From positions 124,176 to 188,000 of the forward strand of contig BDGG01000023.1 in the NCBI GenBank assembly GCA_001949185.1: DNA of 63,825 nucleotides, read 5' to 3'. The notes under the pieces are model-generated. The model saw only the letters and a program-made list of their open reading frames with translations, ran no database searches and was not told the origin of the DNA. This DNA comes from Ramazzottius varieornatus. Lineage: Eukaryota; Animalia; Tardigrada. The translations under genes were made by a program, and so were the position numbers. Positions 39,699 to 51,800 of this stretch are shown piece by piece; position 1 is the first letter of the stretch, and every line of letters starts with the position of its first letter.

Positions 39699-42076
39699 GA
39701 AACTCGGTGTACAGCAAAGAGAATGACGACGTCGCAAGGCTGAGCATGGATCGCTCCATTTTTTATACGGAATGCCTGCTCGGAAAATGTTCTCATTGCT
39801 GGATACCCGGCTCTACGTATACATTTTACCTACGAGGTAAACGATATAATACGGGCATAACGATTTTCGCACCATAACCCGGGCAACGCGAAAAGTTGGA
39901 ACATTACCGTCAAGGCTTGATTCATCCCTCATCGTGCACCTGTTGATAGAACATTAGCTTTTTAACATTGGACAGACCCATCTCTCTCCTAGGCCAAATT
40001 CCCGTTATCCACAACGCTTCGTCGTTCTCAACCTATTTAAACCTTCAGGAGAGGGATCAGTCTACCTCAGGAAACAAGAAGCAGTTCACTACGCGCAGCA
40101 GGAGCTGAGAAAAAATATGCCCAAATTACGTCGTTTACCTCGTACGCAGGAAGAATAGTTTGAATGTACTTGTCCGGCGAATATTCACGGATCACACCTT
40201 GAACTCGACACGCAGAAACAACGTAATTTCCGTATTCTTCGGAAAAAGGTATCAGCTTACGTCGGCGTCTACCCTTCCCTCAAACCTCGAATTACGATTA
40301 TCTCCTCGTTCAATCAACAGGGAAATAAGGCAGAACGAATTCCGGTCTCGCGGGTGTAGTTGTCAACTACGCCCCGCCACAAAGTTGCGCAGGAGATCAT
40401 AATGCCTCATATGTGTGATTGATCACGCGATCATGAACTACATGCAGTGCACCTGGACCGAATTACAATATTAAGGACAGGATAATACATTCGGGAAGAT
40501 CAAAACTGCTGTTGAGGTGTTCAAGAGCAGTCAACATCAAAGCGTAGGATCGCCTTCCATATGTTTTCCCAAGGTCTGAACATCACTATCGTTTCGTACC
40601 TGTTCTACGCCGCTGACTTTATGCCGACTAGACCATACTGTGGACCGGCCTTGGAGCTGGGCGTCCAGCGGTTGCGAGATGTCTATGGGTTCAACGCTAC
40701 TCTGCGTTACGTCGGGGACCCTGCCATCAAGAGTGTGCCAGACATCGTGGCAAATGTCTACAGAGTAGCAGACTTCTACAACAACAAGTGGGATGGGAAT
40801 GGAGTGTTTGCCATGATTGTACCAGGTAAAAACAGGAAGAGCATGCGTCCGACTGATTGCATTACTCGTATACATCCATCCATTCACCCCCCAACAGCCG
40901 CTCTAATTTTTGTTGTTCGGAAGGGACCGAGGAAATATTTCCGCTGGGGCAGCTTTCGGCAGGTCAGACTTTGCTTTACGTTTATCCCATTGTGATTGAA
41001 GAATCTAGAGTCTGTTTTCATAGGATGGAATTCGATTTTGATACCAAGGTAGGTGCTTGGATGACCACTCAAATTGTCATGGGAAAGAAGTGTTGGCCAG
41101 TTGGACAAATGACAATGTATCGCTTATTAGCGGAGGATATTTCAACATCCTGAGAAACCGAGCGTTGTATCCAACCACATTCGGTACGGCCCTTATGCAG
41201 TACAGTGTTTTAGTGGAAGTCTTCACGGCGGTACTCAACCACTACGGGTGGAAATCAATTTGTATCATCAAAGATGTCAGCACTATCGTCCCCTTTACAA
41301 TATCTGGATTAAGAGCGCGCAGACTTCCGGCTTTGTCGACCGGGCCGGTGTGCCGATGACACTTAGGCACTATTCCATTGACACTAAAAACTTCACAACG
41401 GAGTCGATCGATGCGGTTGTGAATGAGTGCGCCAAATACAGCCGAGGTACTGGAAGTAATGCGTGCAGCCGTCAAGCATCACACAACCTCAAAAATTTAC
41501 TTCGCAGTTTTCATCTTGTCCATGACGGAAGGCTACGTCCGCAGGATACTGGTGCAAGCAACCAAGTTGGGTATCAAGACGAGCGAATTCGTAAGTTGTA
41601 ACGTCGAACGGTTTCACGGTGCGGTACGAATCGAATTACTTGATTCTGGAGCCTTTCGAGCTGAAGGGATTCTGGGGAGATCCGGATTGGAAGGATGATA
41701 CCGACTCGGAGCATAATGAGGTATAGTATACGGCTGCAGTATTCGTCGCGCATGGTGGTACTTTAACTACTGTCATCACTGTAAGACAATAACGAAAATG
41801 CATGCCTTCCCGTGATCAGATGGTACTGCATGGTTCCTACGTTATCGCAAGAACTTAATCAACAGAATGCGCAGCCGACTTTTTGTTGCTTAGATTGCTT
41901 TCACTCAGTTTCGGAACCTGTTGCAAGTCAGTGCTTGTAAACCTCGGTCGATTCCTACCGATCTGGACGTCTTTTACTCAAACCTGACTGTGATGTCGGC
42001 CACGGAATATGGGCTTCATTATCCACTGGGTGAAAAGGTAAATTTCCCTGCAAAAGGTTACGTGTGAAACTTCCAC

Positions 42077-42489
42077 CAGAGTGATAGTCGTGAAGACAGT
42101 CTAGCTCGACGCCTGTTGCACTTTCAAGCAGTAAACTCAATCAACAACCAAGTTCAAGAAGGGGACCAGAATATTCAAACTCCCTGTTGTTTTGTTAGTG
42201 TCAAGAAGGGGAGTGGCCGATTTCGCTGTTGAAAAGACTTTTTTCCGCGGCTCTCGTTGCCCCGAATAAAATACTAAATTATTTATCAGAATCATTAAAC
42301 CAATTACAAAAAAATCACCGATGACCGTAAATCTTTGACAGTACTTAGCAGTTTTTAACCAAGTCAAGGCCGTGCCAAACACTTGTCAAGGCGGAGTCGA
42401 GCTCCGTCATGACTGGTGCCTACGTTACGGCAGTTTACCGGTTGATCCGGAAATCCATCTTTTTCAGTGACATCACGACTATCACTCTG
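42077..42489. mobile_element. Non-autonomous TIR element with CAGAG termini and 7-bp TSD
   Basis: Perfect 17-bp TIR CAGAGTGATAGTCGTGA. Direct repeat CTTCCAC at 42070-42076 and 42490-42496. Confidence 0.8.
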
Positions 42490-42656
42490 CTTCCACTGCG
42501 ACGCACTACGCTAGTCGTTCGTGATGTGAAACTTGCGCAGACACGGTCTAAAGGCTTGACCGTGTCTAAAGGCTTGACAGGTTCTCCGACGTCACTACTG
42601 CTCCGTGATTCAGCAAGGATGCAGCTCTCAAGGTTTTCCTAAAGAAATAAGCAGTA

Positions 42657-42798
42657 CTGTAATGCTTCTTGAACTTCTCGAAACACATCATAATATGCGC
42701 AGAACATCCCCCGGGGGTTGGTGGGGTACAGTCACCGGACCGGGGTCTATCTCCACGCATACGCTCACGTGATTCGCGAAGTTGAAGAAGTATTACAG
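42657..42798. mobile_element. 142-bp CTGTAA MITE (family copy 2)
   Basis: CTGTAATGCTTCTTGAACTTCTCGAA...TTCGCGAAGTTGAAGAAGTATTACAG. Same length and layout as 27115-27256; flanks TA and TG. Confidence 0.8.
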
Positions 42799-45700
42799 TG
42801 AGCGGAAGGTCTGGTGTACCAATACCAACCTTTTAATGCCAAAGTCGATATTTCTGTGCAAGAACCACGTACGCAGATAATCGACTATGAGTTTTGACCA
42901 TCTTTGCGGTTGTCCGAGAACCCAACAGGCACAAGCATTCTGTCAGTTCTCAGATACGAACCATACGATATGGTTTTTTTCTTTTTGCAGCCGCATGATA
43001 TTGTGATGGCTAACTACGACGCCGTGGAGATTCTGGGTTTGGTAAGTACGTGCGTCGTTGTGCTTAAAGAAGCTTACAGTACTAGTCATGACGAGAAACA
43101 ACGAAAATTCAGATTATGAATGAGACACTCACTGCCGGAGCTGATCCGGGCGATGGTCGAACCGTGGTGAAGAGAGTGATGAACCGGACATTTCCTCTGA
43201 GCTATAGCAGAGTTTACATCGAAGATTTCGGAGAACGGCGAAATAACTTTTGTGTCAACGACCTGAACCCTCAGACGCGTCGCTTCCAGGTCTTCTCGCC
43301 TGGGTTTTTTTACCACAGAAGATTTGTCTGGGAGTTCGTTACCGTTTACTTTTGAAGGAAATATTGCAGTACGACAGTGGAAACCGTGCTCTGAGGTTTC
43401 TGAAGGAAGCAGTCGACTGGGCGACTCCCGGAGGAGCCGCGCCACCCGACGAGCCACGTTGTGGCTACCTCGGGAACCGGGATAAACCCGATTGTCGACC
43501 AGCAAAAGGTACTCATCCGGCCACACCTGGCATGGTCGCACAAGGCACCGAAGTCTCCATTTTCAGATATCTCCATTCCGGTGGGCGTGACACTGGTCTT
43601 ATTGATACTGCATGTCGGTTACAAATTAACCATGTACGTTTGGAGGTAAAGGTACCACAGATTAAGTGGCTGGAGTATCGAAGCGTCTAGCCGTTTCCAT
43701 TCTGTTCGTAGAAGGATGCATAACCATCTATACTCGTCAGAATGGTATAAAATACAAGCACACCTTCTGTCCAACTCAGCCGGCCGCCGACCAGCGTCCC
43801 GTTTAGCCACTCACACTCACAACAGAGGCGAGCGGTGCTCGACGGTTACGTTTGCAATGAACAGGTTGCGAAATTGGGAATCGTGACGGATTTGCCCAGA
43901 ATGCATATATCCTAACAATCTACAGTCCACTCGTTTAAGATCCGTACGCTCTTCTTCCATTCTATTTGCCAACAGCCAAACATCCACCGTATAGCTTGCG
44001 AAAAACGAAAGAACGTCACATCATATTCTACGGACATTCAATTTTTATCGAAAATCAACTTCTCGCCTGCTACCATATGAAACGCGCCAGCTGTGCGTAT
44101 GCAGTTTTGTAAGCCGAACTGCCATGCCTTTACAATTCATTTGACCGAGTGTAGCACTGTCAAGCCCTCTTGTATTCTTCGAAGTTCTGGAAGTTGTTTC
44201 TGCTTTCGACGAGCCAAAAGTCAATGCAACTAGTAGCTGCTGTTGTTGCTTTCGGATAAACAGACAGTCAAAACACTTCATGGCGAGCCCCCCCCCCTCT
44301 GTCTGTTATGGTTTTGCCAACTTGAACTGGAGGAATAGTATACGGATCCCGAACGAGTGGACTGTACTGTTATCTTTTAGTTCTTTGTCCAGACAAGCTC
44401 TAAATAACCATCATACCAATCATAACCCAAAATCGACCGTAGAGAATACGGAATACGGAGGAGCGGATAACGAAGCCGGATTCTTGAGTTTGCTCACCGT
44501 TAATTTTTTACAAATTTTTTCATGATTTTAGTTTTGTGCGGGTAATGGCCGGGCAATGGTTACCACCTAGCGATCTCCAGATTCAGGTACATGTATCTGT
44601 CGTACATTCCAAGACCGCCATTGAATTTTCGTATCTCACTTCATGGTCATTCAATTTCCATCATGAAATGGGTGATGCTATAAGCATCACTGTCACACCC
44701 CGTTAAGCTGTAGCCACCCCGGTTTAATTCGTTAATTCAAAAAACCCCTTTTATGCGGTATCACTATGGGTCCCTGTTCTCAAAATACCTTCCCTGTTCT
44801 TAGACTACGTCCAACAATGTCCTCAGACTGGGTCCAACAATGTCACAGAAAAATTTTATTCAGTCTGAGCATGCCATGCTCCACATTACTGGCGAACTTC
44901 CTGATCGGGGTGTCGATAGCTATGTGCCGGGTTAGGGGCTTCCTAATTATTGTATTAATAGTTATTGTATTAATAGGGCTGTCTGTAGCAAGTCAGAAGT
45001 AAAACGGGACTTCGATAGGGGTGGCTTAAGCCAAGCGGGATTCTGCCTATAGCTATTTCCTCATGAAAATATTAATCGAATAGACAGGATACAAAATCCG
45101 AACGGCGCAAGAAATCCAATTAGCGCAGTGGCCTAGCTCCACCCACTTCTTGCGCTAATCGTGGGGGGTTGAGACTCGTTACGCGAAGCAGGCGATTAGC
45201 GTAAGCCTTCCGGAAGGTTTTGCAGAACCTACCTTCTTTCTCGTGGACCAGTTTGAAACGAGATATCAAATCAAACTAAGTCTTCAGTTCGACTGAGTAA
45301 TGGAAACAGAAGGTTTCAGTTTCAACTGCTCAAAGCTGAGACTATCAAAAACCGCGTGTATTTTGGAGTGTTTTTTCTTGATTTAAGGCAAGCTGCGAGC
45401 GAGCCGAAGCCGAAGCGAGCAGCTTCTACCAGCATAAACTGCTGTTACCGTGATCAAGATTCGTTCCGACTAACAAGCGGGCTGTTTGGGAGAAGGAACT
45501 GGACCCTGACCTTCCCCACACGCTGGGATGGTATACTGCTGGCTTTGAGGTACTTGGGACCAGTAGTTCGCTCAGTTTTTATCTCCTAACTCGGTAGTGT
45601 CCTCGCGCGATTAAACTAAGTGTCGAATGGAGTGGTCAGCGTTCATTCCCACAGAGATATCACACAGAGCGTTCCGCCCGTAGAGCAACTAAATATTACA

Positions 45701-48700
45701 CATTAACAGCATCTACCTTTGGCGAAAGGAACGTGAGGACATGGCAAATCGAACAACCAAAACGAACGTGGAGTTCGGGCGGTACTGCAATCAAGAGAAC
45801 TGATCGACTTTATTGGAAAGCACTCTCTGAAATCTAAATCACCCCATCACTCAACCTGTAGCCTCGACTCATCCTAAACTCTTTTACTGAACACAATGGC
45901 GGATGAAGCCATAGATATCACAGAGAAGTCACAGAAAAACTCCCGTTGTCACAATGGAACACCTGTTACGCCTGAAACAGCTGACAGAACCGGAAACATT
46001 GATCAATGCTTTTGATTGCCGTGACATCACGCTACACAGTCAGTTTTGATTGTTTGATTTGAGATGTCCTCACGTTCCTTTCGCCAATGGTAACAGCGCA
46101 GTGCGCAAACAAATGTTCAGTAACCGTACGATCGACATACAGTAAACCATGCGGCAGGTAGCGCCATCAGCTACATTAACCATGTGCGTCGGTGTAGGCA
46201 GATCCGTCACGACCGACAATAGTGCTGGCGACCAATGGTCTTTCTGTTTGGATCCTTTGATCGCTCGTCGAACATAACGTTTGGCCCCAGAAAATCACCC
46301 AGATCTGTGTGTCGTGTTTCTTTCTCTTCTAGGGCAGCTGGATTTTCCGCTGGTTCCAGTATCGAGTCTTTGACATTATTCCGAGTGTTTTTTGCTTTTC
46401 ATGTCTGGGAAGACGCTCTCCGTAAGAGCCAGATCTCGTTCCAGTGTACTAGCAAGTGGTACACCACTGAAAAGTCGAGCTCAACTAACCCGGCCCCTAA
46501 TCAGTAGTAAAACATCAGCAGGAATCCAGAAGAACATCAGAAGAACTCAGCCTGAGGTGGACATCCAAGATGGACGTCCAAGTGATAGATCAGGCGCAAC
46601 AGTACTGCATGCAGGCTGGAGGTGGACGTTCATTTGAACGTCCACCTTCAGCCTACATACAGTACGTGTGGCCTATCTGCAGGAAATATGTATGTGGGTT
46701 CATGAAAGCTCATCTTCAATGTGAGAATGCGCAGAGCCTGATTCGGTATCGTGCGCTAGCCAATGATCATGCGTTTGGCTCGGAGTCCCCCCAAAAAGTG
46801 CCATCACGTGGATGGTCAAACTTAACGTTGCTCGAGTCTTCCTTGAAAAAACTCCTCGCTTCGCTCGGCTGGACGATACCGACGCTGTTCATGGTTCACA
46901 AACTCGCCTCGTCGAGTCGTGCCGTGATACCTTTAATCTACTCGCAACGATCGTTACCACCTGCGTTGCCCATAATTTTGTCTTCCGCCTACATATTTAC
47001 TTAATTTTAATCAGATGATTTTTAACCCAGTGCCTGGTGTGCACAACGGTATCGCGAAACTACCTTTTTCGATTTTGCTGATTGCTGCTTCATTCGTATT
47101 GTTCTTCTTGATTAATCTGGACCTTTACGCTCTATGCTGCTCGCTCATACGCAGTTGCGGTGTTGGCAGCATCCAGCGAAAGAGCACGGGACGCCGTTAT
47201 TTTTTTTCCGACAACCTTCGACTATGTCACGAGCCAGTTCGTCCTAGCAACTCCGAAGCTGCTTGGAGCAAGACGTCGTGCTTGTACGGTAACGTGCGCG
47301 CGATTTTTTGTACTACAGTGCGGATGGGCCAAGTGACTACCACCAGGAACATTGACGTAGAAAAAAATCAGACTACCTGCTTTTCTTTGGCTCTTTCACA
47401 TAATTTGTGCAACTTTTACGCTGGTTCCGCTAAGACATAGCTCGTTTGCATGCGTTGAGACCTAGGTTAGAGAAGTTGATTGAAACGACTTCCGGTGAGG
47501 AAGATTATTCGGCAGGAACAAACCGGACAAGCTAGAACTCCATGCGCAAGTATCTTTCCCCAATTTGATTTTAACGTAGATAACACTATCTGGGTTCTTT
47601 TTAGAAAATAGGAAAGATCCCAAGAAAGTGAAACTAAGTTGGCAATGAATTAAGACCGTCGAACTCGACCATTTTGCCGGTATACCACTCCTCGTGGAAA
47701 AAATCATAATTTATGTTCTAAACGTAAAGTTCTCACTTACAACCACTTTTCGTATGACCCAGTCATTGGAATAATTTTTCCGAGTGTCGGATTTGCAAGG
47801 CCATGTCGCATAAGTAAATGGTCATTTTTTGAAGTTCTCCCAAAATCTGAGAAAGTTGCCGATTCCCGCGAACCAAGGTTTTGCGAAAAGCCTTGCCCTA
47901 CCCAAGTTTTCCTAGGTCTGTCCAGAAATGCTTCGGACTCAGATGGAACAATGATTTGGCTTCCCGTTCATGCTTTTAGCTGCCGGGGAAAAAATCCACA
48001 GTATTTTGAGAAACCTTGTTTTCTGGCGCGCACCATGTGTTTTGGTACAGTTTCGCTACAGTAACTGTTTCAGTGAATCAACAAGTGGTACAGAAGAGCA
48101 CTGTATTTTTTCTGGAAGCTAGATTACCGTTAAACAATTTGCAATCAGCAGTTCTAGTTCCAAAAGGGCAGAAGGGAGAAAATGAGTTTTTTTCCGGGGG
48201 AAGAAATAGTGAAAAGTTTTCCTCGGAGCAGCTTCGTTAACGTGGCGGAGCCTTTTCTGTACGTCTGGCTGTTAAGCAGAAGGAACTATTCAATGTTCTG
48301 TGGGGAAGGCTCGGTGTAGTGCGGTGAATTATTGTCACCGTCTTCACTGACTCAGTGAAAATTTCACTGACTGTGTGAGGAACCGTGAAAGATGGTGAAG
48401 GAGGTGCATTTTTTATAGTGATTGATCGATCGCTTGTGCTTTGATTGATTGGTTAGACCACGGTTCCTCGTCCACTACGGCAGAAATGTAGCAGTGCTGT
48501 TTGTGTCTCCTAGGGATGTCGAACTATGGGTCAACAGATTTTACGAGCCTTACCCAATGCATAGCTGGGCATTCGGCATTCGCCTTGTAGCCAGGCAGGT
48601 CGGCTGAAGTATAGAAAAGCTACATTCTTGAACACGTACCTTTATGAGACAAAGCTCTATGTTACTCCATACTTACTGAAACTGCTAAATGCAAAGTACC

Positions 48701-48873
48701 GCACCAAGTACTGGTGCGGCGGAAACTGTGGATGACCGAATGTCCCTCGAAGATGTTCCTCCTGTTGTCCATATTCCTGCGCGGGCTAACCGATGGTTAT
48801 GCAGTAGGCAAGAAGTTACATATTTGTATTCGTATCAAATCTCCTAATCCTGATCGTACAATCGTCGTCACAG

Positions 48874-51800
48874 GATAACACAATCCAGCTGCATAACCTA
48901 TGCAACCTTCACCAATGCTGAGTATGTCGAACCATACAGCAACCAGCCAAACTGTCGAGGAACTACGAGTGGAATTCTCAATCAATACTCCAGGAATTGC
49001 ATTGATGTCCATTATTCCTACGTCGGTGAACTGGGCTGTCAGACTTTGTTCTTTTTGGCTCCAGACGGAGTCACAGGTGGGACAAAACACTTCTCAAATT
49101 TCCGAAGAGATCCGGTCTTTCCAACGTAAACACCTCGAATCAAATACGCTTCTAGCTGACCCTGATCAAAACATCACGTGACCACAATACCATCGATAGC
49201 TACAGTGCAGAACAAAAGAAGCTTTCAAAAATGGACGGAGCGCCTTGGATACGGGCAACGAACTAAAATTTCGGGTGAACCAATGATCAAATTCGATCGG
49301 CGATAGCCACCTGGTTTTCGCTGACACACATTTTGAAAGCTTGTTTTATCCTGCACTGTACTACGTGGCCAAAACACAGACCGATCTCCTTCTTGATAGT
49401 CATGTACGACAGACGTGAATGTCGAGCGCTCCTTCCGATGATGAGTGCAAAATGGGATGTCTGGTTGGGCGTTATGGTACACGCGCGTTTGAGTACAAGC
49501 TCGAAGGGAAAGTTTGGAACAGTAAAAACTTTGAGACAGGCGAAAAAGACGGCAAACTGAGAGTTACACCGTAGAAAATTGTCAAAAAGTGCAAAGTGCA
49601 CATGTACGTACGAACTTCTCTTCCGCTGTTTCGGATCGCCTGTTCGAAACGTTTTACTGTTTCAAACTTTCAGTGTACTTCCAATATGACTTTCGGGATT
49701 TTAATTGCAATTACGATTAATCGGGATACCCAGAGCGGCAGCCATTTCAGTTATCTGACAAGCGACTCAGCTAAATCAGCAATTACAATTCATCGAGATT
49801 CAGCTCGCGACAGCAATGGGAATAATTTTAATTATTGTGGTCCATTTTTGAGATTCGGATATTCATACAATTAGTTTAGGGCAGCCTAAGTCTCTCGTCC
49901 CATGCGCTCGGAATGCCCGTCAGATGTTCAGCACGGAGCGCGTTATACTCAAGGCATTGAGTACGGACGCGAATTGAGTACGATTGATCAGGTACTGTAA
50001 TGCGCCCTCGAACTTCGCGCGAACGTCATCATATTCACGAAACATCCTTTAGGGAGTTGCCAGGAAAAAATGTCGGGGCCCAGGTTGAACTTCCCGCGTA
50101 TGCTGTTGTACCGCGCGTGGCTCACGAAGCTTATAGCTATACGAAATCGTAGCGCACTATACCGGCTGCACGGCCTTGCTGTGAATAGCCAGCGTTTTTG
50201 ACGATACGTACATGGGCTTAGCGGGCGAGTCATCGATCACTCACCACAGCCGTAAAGTACCGTTAACCGTAGCGCTCACCAACGGCAGAGCTGTATGATT
50301 GTATTGTCAGACTGTGCGCCCTGATTGCGCAAGCCTAAGCGTGTGCATCATCGTGCACTTGGTATGCTCTGTCCATAGTGCAAGCACGATGCTCCGCCCC
50401 CCGTTTCGAAAAAGACTGTGAAAGACTGTGGGACTACTTTTTCGTATACGAGGTAAAGGTTGTAAACTTAGCCAACCCATACTGGGTTTGTAAAGTTAGC
50501 CACGGCTGTGGCGCCTATTGCTTGATTGACTATTTGATTGTCAGTCTTGGCTGTTTAACATGAGATTTCAACGTTCTTTTAATTGCGGATCTCTTGGATT
50601 CTCTGACTTCTCGTGTTGACTGTGCCTATTACCATTCGACAGCTCATTATTTTATCTTTCGATCTATCCTTAAAAGTTTGGGATTGAGTAGTAGAGAACA
50701 GGCGAACTTAGACGGCTAACTTTACCAACCCGGTATGGGGCGGCTAACTTTACAACCTTTCCCTCGTAGCTATAACGAAGCAGCACAGTAAGCATCGTCC
50801 CTTGCTCCCTCGTGCTACATGCGCATGCGCACACATATTCTCCCAGTCAAGCAACTGAAACACGCAAAAATCCTGGAACTTGGTGCACTCACACGCGTGT
50901 TACTGCGCTGTTATCGCAAATCTAATAATATGAATTATTACATTAGGCATGTCAATTAACAATTATAGTTTCTACTGTTTTCCGAATTCTGATACAGTTT
51001 TAGTTAATATTGGAATTTTCCAGCCTGGGATTCTCAATTGTACAGTGTACGACAAAATAAACCGTTAAAAATGGGTGTTGGATGGAACCAGATGGATGAA
51101 GCCAATGAAATTTGCGCATGCAGCAAAATATAATTCTCATTGGCCGAGTCGTATTGTGAGCTCTTGTTCACGTCGAAGGATGTACAGGGACTCTGATAAT
51201 AGCCGATGGATGTTCTAGCGAGATCGACGAAACAATGTACAGGAGAAGTAAGCATGTGTGACCCAGTGAAGAAATGTGTGACCCAGTAGTCTCAGACGGC
51301 GCATCCATAGAAAAGCATGAGGCACTAGTAATTAAAATAAAGCCTATGACGTAACGAGAACTTGTGTTGTCTATCTTACATAAAAAGTGTTTCTGTTAAC
51401 GTAATCCATACTTGATACATGTTACGCCGTCTGAGACTACTGGGTCACACATTTCCTCACTGGGTCACACATGCTTACTCCTCCTGTACAGTACATGTAC
51501 TATACTGGCCGGCTGACATTATATGTATGTGCAATATCAGTACGTTTCCTTTCTTGAGTGGGAGAAAAAGGTAGACAGCTCACACAGCAAAGCTAGGAGG
51601 GAGTATAGGGTGCCGTTTGTGCCGAAACTATTTTGTCCAGAATTCTCAGAGTTCCGTCAACCACCTGACATGCTTTGCCAGTTTCAGATTGTGGACAGTC
51701 TTGGATCTCTGGCGAGAATTCGAACAGCAGGAAATGCGTGTCTTTTTTGAGACTCGTCGCCCTTCCCCTTGTGATTCGTGCGCGCACAGCGGCAGAGGCG

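Larger units (their letters stand above)
40561..43886 (+). pseudogene. Paralogue of the 34605 ANF_receptor-domain gene, with a frameshift and a lost splice acceptor
   Basis: Collinear with 34605-37124 (LNITIVSY...GPALELG, NHYGWKSICIIKD, CAKYSR, DFGERRNNFC, PPDEPRCGY, TM, EWYKI, stop TGA 43884-43886). One base missing at ~41294 (CCC TTT ACA versus paralogue CCA TTT TAC). No AG before the YLILEPFE exon (~41638). Confidence 0.8.

Noticed and set aside
45395-46870. CGAGCGAAGCGAG-type motifs suggesting Helitron 3' ends
   Set aside because: No hairpin plus CTAG terminus in the proper position, and no 5' TC end identified.
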